DNA of 64,000 bases from the human T2T-CHM13v2.0 reference genome, Homo sapiens. Numbering within the stretch: position 1 is the first letter of the stretch; every line of letters starts with the position of its first letter. Under the pieces are notes generated by a model. It was not told where the DNA came from and ran no database searches. It was given only the letters and a program-made list of their open reading frames with translations. Shown piece by piece: positions 57,000 to 64,000 of this stretch. The DNA lies in the NCBI RefSeq assembly GCF_009914755.1, contig NC_060938.1; one strand, given 5' to 3'. A program made the translations under genes and the position numbers.

Positions 57000-58600
57000 C
57001 CCTCGAAATGTTGGAGTGCCCAGGGCTCTTCCTCTAACCTTCTCTCTTCTCTGTCAACACTCACTTTCTGCATGATCTCAACCCAGTCTCAGGTTTGACT
57101 ATCGTCTACGCAGTGATGACTCCAGAATTTATGTTTATATTTCCAGCCCAGTTCTCCTCCTGGACAGCCATTTGCCTGCTTGATGTTTTCAACTGGAATA
57201 TGCAACACAAACCTGACACATCCAAATTAGTCTTCTAATTTCAACCCCTTCTACCCCCTCCCCTAATCGTGCCTCCAAAGTCATCCCTAGATCTCGGTAA
57301 GTGGTGACTCTTATCTTCCTAATTGCTCAGATTGTAAACTTTGGAATTATCCTGGCCTCCTCTCTTTATATCACCCTATTCAGTCTGCCAGCAAACCCTG
57401 TTAGGTCTACTGTTGAAATACATCTGTTGTCTGAACTGCCAGCACCTGGCTGCAGCCACCATCATTTCTTGCACTGGCTCAAGTGAGAACTTCCTGACGA
57501 GGCTCCCTCTGTGTTATCTCTGCATAACCAGAGTGACTCTTTTAAAACATCAGTGCAAACCTTTTACTTGTATACTCAGAACCCTGCAGTAGCATGCCAA
57601 CCAGTCAAAGTAAAACCCAAAGTCCTTACCATGGCTTACAAGGTCCTACCTTACCTCACTTTACATAAAGTAGCACCCCTCATCGCTCTGTGGTCCCCAT
57701 TGCCTGCTTTATTTACTGCCACCTGACATATCCACATGCATGCATACATATTCTCTTTTTCTATCTGCTGCAATGTAAGCTCTATGAGAGGAGACACACT
57801 CTCTTATTTACATACCCCCAGTCTCCTGCACAGTGCCTAGTCCATAATAAGCACTCGGTGACTATTTATTGAACATATGAATGATCAGATCAGTATTTTT
57901 AAACGGTCACTTTACTTTCGGTGTGGAAGGTGGAGAGCTGAAAGGCTGGAAGACCTGTTGGGATAAGAGCCTAAACCAGGGCCATGTTGTGAGGATGGAA
58001 AGGAAAGATGATGTGGAGACATTTTGGAGGTAGAGTTAATAGAAATACCAGTGGTTGGATGTGCGGCAGAGGGAGGAGTTGAAGGTCACTGCAAGGAGCC
58101 CCACTTAGGTGTCTGGTTGGGTCATGGTGCTATAAGAGAGGGAAGGCAGGAGGGACCTGATTTAGGAGCTGATGGTGGGACATGTGGGTAATTTCCATAG
58201 CTCAAGAGTCTAAAAGTGAGGTCAAAAAAGAGATGCACTTTGAGTCATCTACAAAAGTAGGAGAAGACAAGGACAGATCATTGGATTTGGCTATTTGGAG
58301 GTTACAAGGGGCCTTTGAGAAAGTGGTTACAGTCATTTGCATTGGAGCCCCAGCCAGATTGCAGTAGACTGAAGAGGAAGTGGGACATGAGGAAGTGGCC
58401 AGTAATATAGGATACTATGAAAAAAGGAAAGGGATGGAACAGTATTTGGAAGAAGAGTCTAGATTAAGAATCATGTCTGCAATATTCGAGGAAAGAGTAA
58501 TTAGAAATGAAGTAGGGGGTTAACTGATGTAGCAGGATACTGGAGGGATAGAATAAGACCTTCCAGGAGAGATTGATTGACCTTGGACAGGAGGAAGTAG
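57000..58600. mobile_element. L2 remnants (+ to ~57885, then -)
   Basis: tgatgactccagaattt...; 3' end cacagtgcctagtccataataagcactc...tttattgaa. Confidence 0.7.
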
Positions 58601-59325
58601 GGCGGATAGTTTTCCTCCAAAACAGACGGAGCTTGGAAAGGCTGGGTAAGTTATTGAGGAGGGTTGAGGGGAATGGGGACTTTAGAGAATTTCCTTTTGG
58701 TTTGGCTTCTTTTTTTTTCCATTCTTCAAAGTGGGAAGACAGACTGACTGTTGAGATTGTTGAGGCAAAGGAGAGTGGCATCTTGAAGTCAAGTAGAGCA
58801 GATTTAAAACAGAAAAAGAGGCTGATGAGGGGTAAGAGAGGCAACTTTCGAGCTTTGAGGACCTACCTCATTAAGGTTGGAAACATGAGCTCCTACCATT
58901 TGCTGGATACTCTAGTGAGTACCAGAGTGGAAGATATACTTCCTGTCCCGCAAGAGCTCAAATTCTAATTTAGGAGACATTTTCATCCACAAAAATCAGG
59001 AATGGCAAAAGGAGCATATTGGCAGAAGGTGCACATAGTAAGTGAGGAACAAATGAATGAGTAACACTGGTGATGGGATATCAGAAGAGAGAGTAATCAT
59101 TATGGTCAGGGAGTGTCTTATAGCGGAGATAGGAGTCAAGCTGGATGAATTCTGATGGTCAGAACAGGATCATGAAGAAGGCATTTTGGTTTAAGATCTG
59201 GTGTTGTGAGAGTGATAGTAACTTTATTGTCAGTCTAGTTACAGCAGAGAATTGACCCCGGAAAATAGCGTATTCACCTTAAATTCTTTTTGGGTGATAA
59301 TAACAATGGCATTGTGCTAGATACT

Positions 59326-59675
59326 TGTCTTAATTTGGCTGCTATAACAAGTTACCGTATATGGGGAGGTTTAAACAACAAACCTTTATTTCTCATGATT
59401 CTGGAGGCTGGAAATCTGAGATCAGGGTGCCATTGTGGTTGGGTTCTTGGTGAGGACCATTTTCCTAGTTACGTCCTTAAGTGTCTTTTCTTGGTATGTG
59501 CATGTAAGGAGTGAGATTTTATGTCTCTTCCTTGTCCCCATCATGAGGGCTCCACCCTCATAATCTCATCTAAACCTAATCAGCTCTGAAAGTCCCACCT
59601 CCAACCACCATCCCATTGGGGATTAGGATTTCAACATAAGAATTTTGGGGAGACACAAATATTCAGTCCGTAGCA
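59326..59675 (-). mobile_element. MLT1A-like MaLR solo LTR
   Basis: tgtcttaatttggctgctataacaa...ggggagacacaaatattcagtccgtagca. Confidence 0.85.
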
Positions 59676-61504
59676 GCACCTTATATGTGCATTACACCAA
59701 CTCTGTTGGGTAGATTCTGTTCAATAAGCTAGGTATCCCTGTGCAAAGAAGGTAGGAGGAAAGTGTCACCAGTGAGAAGTAGAAGGGCTGTTTATGAATC
59801 TGATTGAGGAGCTCATAGCTAAGGAATATGAGTTTCTGGGATACCTTGGCTTTATTTGCATAACACTGCCCAGGATAGAGAACAGAACATGTGTCAGCCA
59901 CCTCACTGGCTAGATATGTTGGGTGCCAGGGCTCCATTGCTCATCCCTGAGCCACAGAAAGGGCCAAGTTCAGGAATTGCCTGGGGCCTGGGATCACTAC
60001 CAGTCCCTTCCCCTTGGCGTCAGAGTCATAGCTATGCCAGAGATTCCATCTTGGAGCTGTCCTTGGCTCTGAAGTTGCCCGAGGTAGGACACTTATGGTG
60101 GGTCACTGACTTCGCCATGGGGAATAGAGCTGAAGAGAGAAAGCCAACTTGGTAAAGAGAGGAAGGAAAGGTAGTTTGATTAAGTTTTGTCTCAAAGTGT
60201 CTGTTTTTGGGTTTGTCCCTGCATTGATCTGCAAGGGAATGAGGCAAGTAATGGCCCCTCAGGGACTTTCAGGACTTTGCTCTCAATGTCAGCCGTCATT
60301 TTCAATCACCCTCTCCCTCCCAGCCATTAATTTTGGCCCAGGATCATGGGGACTTGTCCATCTATCACTCCTAATTGACACTAAATGATCTGTCAGTTTA
60401 TTGATGAACGGCAGGAGTGGAATTGTCACAATATATTTTACTTTCTAACAACTCCTCCTGACAATTTTACCTTGTCCATCTCACTCTCCTCACATAAATC
60501 TCCATTGGCTGCTCATTCCTTCTCATGGGCTGTTCTGGTGCCAGCCACTTCCACACCATCTGCACGCATCAAGGACATTAAGATGGCGGTAGAACTGCTG
60601 TGTGCTGGTCCCGAGGTTATCCCCCTTCCCTCCTCCTTCTCTCTTTCTCTCTCTCTCTTTTTTAATGGCATTGATGTTCCAAGGATACTAAAGGGCTTCT
60701 GTCCTCTCCCTTTATGTCATTGCCATACCAGAATCTTTTTGCTTCCCTTTAGCAGCAAGTAGTTGATTCCTATTAGGCTAAAAAGTGTGAAAAGCAAAAA
60801 CTCATGGAGCCAGAGGGCTCCTAGATCTGTAAGCACAGTTGCAAACATACGTTCTGTCCTTTTAAACCGGCTCTGTTATAGGCTGTCCATCCCCATAGAA
60901 GTCAATTTCCCAGAAAGGTGTCACAGAGGGAAGGTTAGCTGGAGCTGCCCAGCTGGTGTGCCATGTGCTGCACTGTGGGTGCCAGTGTGCCATGATGTGG
61001 GCACACCCTGCCTGTGGGGTAGACCTAGCCAAGGCCCCTAGGCTGGTCACCTGTGGCCATGAGAAGTCTCATCTGTCCACCCATTTGTGTGTTATTTTTA
61101 ATTGCTTCATGTCTTGAAAAAGACAGGGAAGTACTATGTCAGACATATATAAGGGCACACAGTTATTTAGTCTCAAGAAGATATACCTATGGATGTGAAC
61201 ACGCTTTATCCTATATGAGGCCAAGGATGAGTAGAAAAGCTTGACGATATATAAATAATAAATAATGCAATTGATTCCCTTCCTCATACCTTTCCTGCTG
61301 CTGCTGGAGATAATTTTTATTAATTGATAAGGACTGTTTTTGTTTGTTAACCATCATGACATTAGGATGCATATCAAAATTAATAATTCCTTAATGTCAT
61401 CTGATATCCAGGTCATATTGAGTTACTTCCATTGTCTCAAAAATGTGTTTTATAGGTGGATTGTAAACAGAACAAATCAAGGTCCATATATTGTATTTAG
61501 CCAT

Positions 61505-61896
61505 TTCCTTCCTTCCTTCCTTCCTTCTTTCCTTCCTTCCTTTTTTTTGTTTGTTTGTTCGTTCGTTTGTTCTTTTGTTCTTTCGTTCTTTCTGTCTTTC
61601 TTTTTTTTTTTTTTTTTGGTGGAGTCTCACTCTCTTGCCCAGCCTATAATGCAGTGGTGTGATCTCGGCTCACTGAGTCTCCGCCACCCAGGTTCAAGCA
61701 ATTCTCCCACCTCAGCCTCCCAAGTAGCTGAAACTACAGGCGCGCGCCACCACACCTGGCTTATTTTTGTATTTTTAGTAGAGACAAGGTTTTGCCATGC
61801 TGGCCAAGCTGGTCTTGAACTCCTGACCTCAGGTGATCCTCCTGTCTCGGCCTCCCAAAGTGCTGGGATTACAGGCGTGAGCCACCATGCCTGGCC
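61505..61896 (-). mobile_element. AluS with a compound (CCTT)/(TTTG/TTCG)/T tail
   Basis: Antisense Alu preceded by an expanded simple-repeat tail. Confidence 0.93.
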
Positions 61897-61979
61897 TAGT
61901 TGTTATATTTCTATAGTCTCTATTTTATTCTGCAACAATCACCACCCCCCTATGTTTTCCCAATGCCATTGATCTTCTC

Positions 61980-62235
<256 letters not shown>

Positions 62236-64000
62236 CATGATGATTTCCTTTTTTAAAGAAACTTGTCCTGTAGAATTTCCCACATTCTGGATGTGGTCTG
62301 TTGCTTCCTAGTCATGGTGTTTAACTTGTTTCTCTGTCCCTCATATTCCCTGTTAAACTGATAGTTAGGTGTAGCTCTAACTGGGAGTTCCATTTAGGCC
62401 CAGTTTTGGCAGGAATACTTTGTAGGTGATGCCGTGTACATCCCACTGTATTGCCTTGAAGGCACAGGTATGAGAAGGCACAGGTGTCCGGTCATTCCAC
62501 TTTCAGCCTGTGATTGACCAGTGGGGGCAGGGCTGTGTGAGTCTCCACTTTATAGCGCCCATCAGACTCCCCTCTCATGGTTGTAGCATCCATTGCTCAT
62601 AGTTGCTAGAGCCATGATTTCATTAAAGGTTGTCAAGTGATGACTGTCTAATTTCCATTTATTAACAGAAATTCTTCTGTAATGAACTCTTACCAGCTAC
62701 TTGGCTGCTTGAAATACATTTTATACTTGTGACCCTACCTTTTTCTCTTAGTATTTTTATTTTAAAAAATTTCAAACCTATAGAAAAGTTGCAGTATTAG
62801 TACAGCAAACACCCATGCACACTTTTACCTTGAACAACCAGTTGTTAATATTTGCCTAAATGTGGCTTTTCCCTCATTCTCTGTTTTTTTTTTTTTTAAT
62901 TTTATTGAACTGATTAAGAGCTGCAGCTGCCTTTGCCTTTGCATTACTATTAATAGTAACAAGCGAGTGGTTACTATGCAAGAGATATTTGTCTATTTTG
63001 TTTGCATCTGGGTCTGTAGGGCTTGGAACACATAGGTGCTCCATACATATTTGATCAATGAGTAAATTTGGGGCATTTCTTACAGAGCTCTAATAATTGA
63101 AAAGGGTGTCCCTGGTAGGACGAGGCAGCTCTGATTTCCAGTAAAGTAAAAGGACTTAATCCTTGACCTTCAGATTTTCATTGGTAAACACAATTTTGCT
63201 CATTTGGTTTTCAAGAAACACAAAACAAAATTAGAAGTATTGAGAATTGATTTTTCCCTTGCTAACCTTAGCCGCAAAGAACCCGGAATCAGTATGGCAT
63301 GACCGGAGTCCTGGGCAACGTGGGTTCTTAACTGTCAGTCAGGTACCAGAAATGAGTGTCCAATATTGGGTAAAATCAGATGGGGCTGTTGCATGTGAGA
63401 TGGTTGAGAAGGGAAGGTCTTAGGAAGCTAATTGTGCTCGCATTTCCAGTGGCTGTGCCTAGAGTTTAGAGGCTATGTCTCTATTTCTGTGGTTTTTGGA
63501 GATGCTCGTGTGAACTCTCTGCTTGGATCTCTGTCTCAATTTCACCGTCATGCATTTTGCCCTGCATAGATGCTTTTCTTTCACGTGCCTTCCAAGATAT
63601 GGTCAGTTTAGAAAGGATGGCTTTAGGACCATGTGACATCATATCTTTTTAATGTACATCTTAGATTTGTTTATTCTAGGTAGGCTCCCCAAAGTGTAAT
63701 TTTTTGCTTTGCTCTCAGAGCCTGGACAGAAAGATGATAGAGGAAGAGCTAGATAAGTTTTTATTTTCATGAACTTAGAGAATCCACAGTTATTTTGAAA
63801 AATTGGGATTCAGTTGCATTGTTTATTATAGGAAATCATAGATGTTCAGCAAGATTTGAAGATGAATAGCCCCCCAGACTGTGTACATCGAAATAACTAG
63901 GGAAAAATAATTATCCCCATTGAAGTAGGGAAAAGTGTGAGATGTGTCACACTCATGCTATCTTTAGTCCTTTCCTATCTTCACACATTTGTATTATTTT

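Noticed and set aside
61340-61972. 210-aa ORF, and many other ORFs with Alu-like peptides
   Set aside because: Translation of a simple-repeat tail plus antisense Alu.

Overview
Mammalian DNA, almost certainly human (Alu/L1PA content and protein identity), from the TGFB3/IFT43 head-to-head locus, which I recall as 14q24.3. The minus strand carries TGFB3 coding exon 1 (6084->5733), its ~1.1 kb leader with 11 upstream ATGs, a TATA/CRE promoter and ~5.7 kb of intron 1. The plus strand carries IFT43 exons 1-3 (10978-11031, 14076-14168, 47500-47567), a 33 kb intron 2 and the start of intron 3. The remainder is dense with Alu, L1, L2, MIR, MaLR LTR and hAT DNA-transposon relics, plus a UBE2L3 processed pseudogene with target-site duplications (TSDs). 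I see no intact novel gene system. The least expected items are: (i) a decayed Gypsy-like gag-protease relic (two zinc knuckles plus a DTG motif) directly beside, and possibly interrupted by, the UBE2L3 retrocopy; (ii) an AluJ and an L1 bracketed by one 15-bp TSD; (iii) acceptor-like splice signals and an overlapping uORF in the TGFB3 leader; (iv) candidate TGFB3 enhancers inside IFT43 introns. Repeat boundaries and subfamily calls were made by eye and are approximate.
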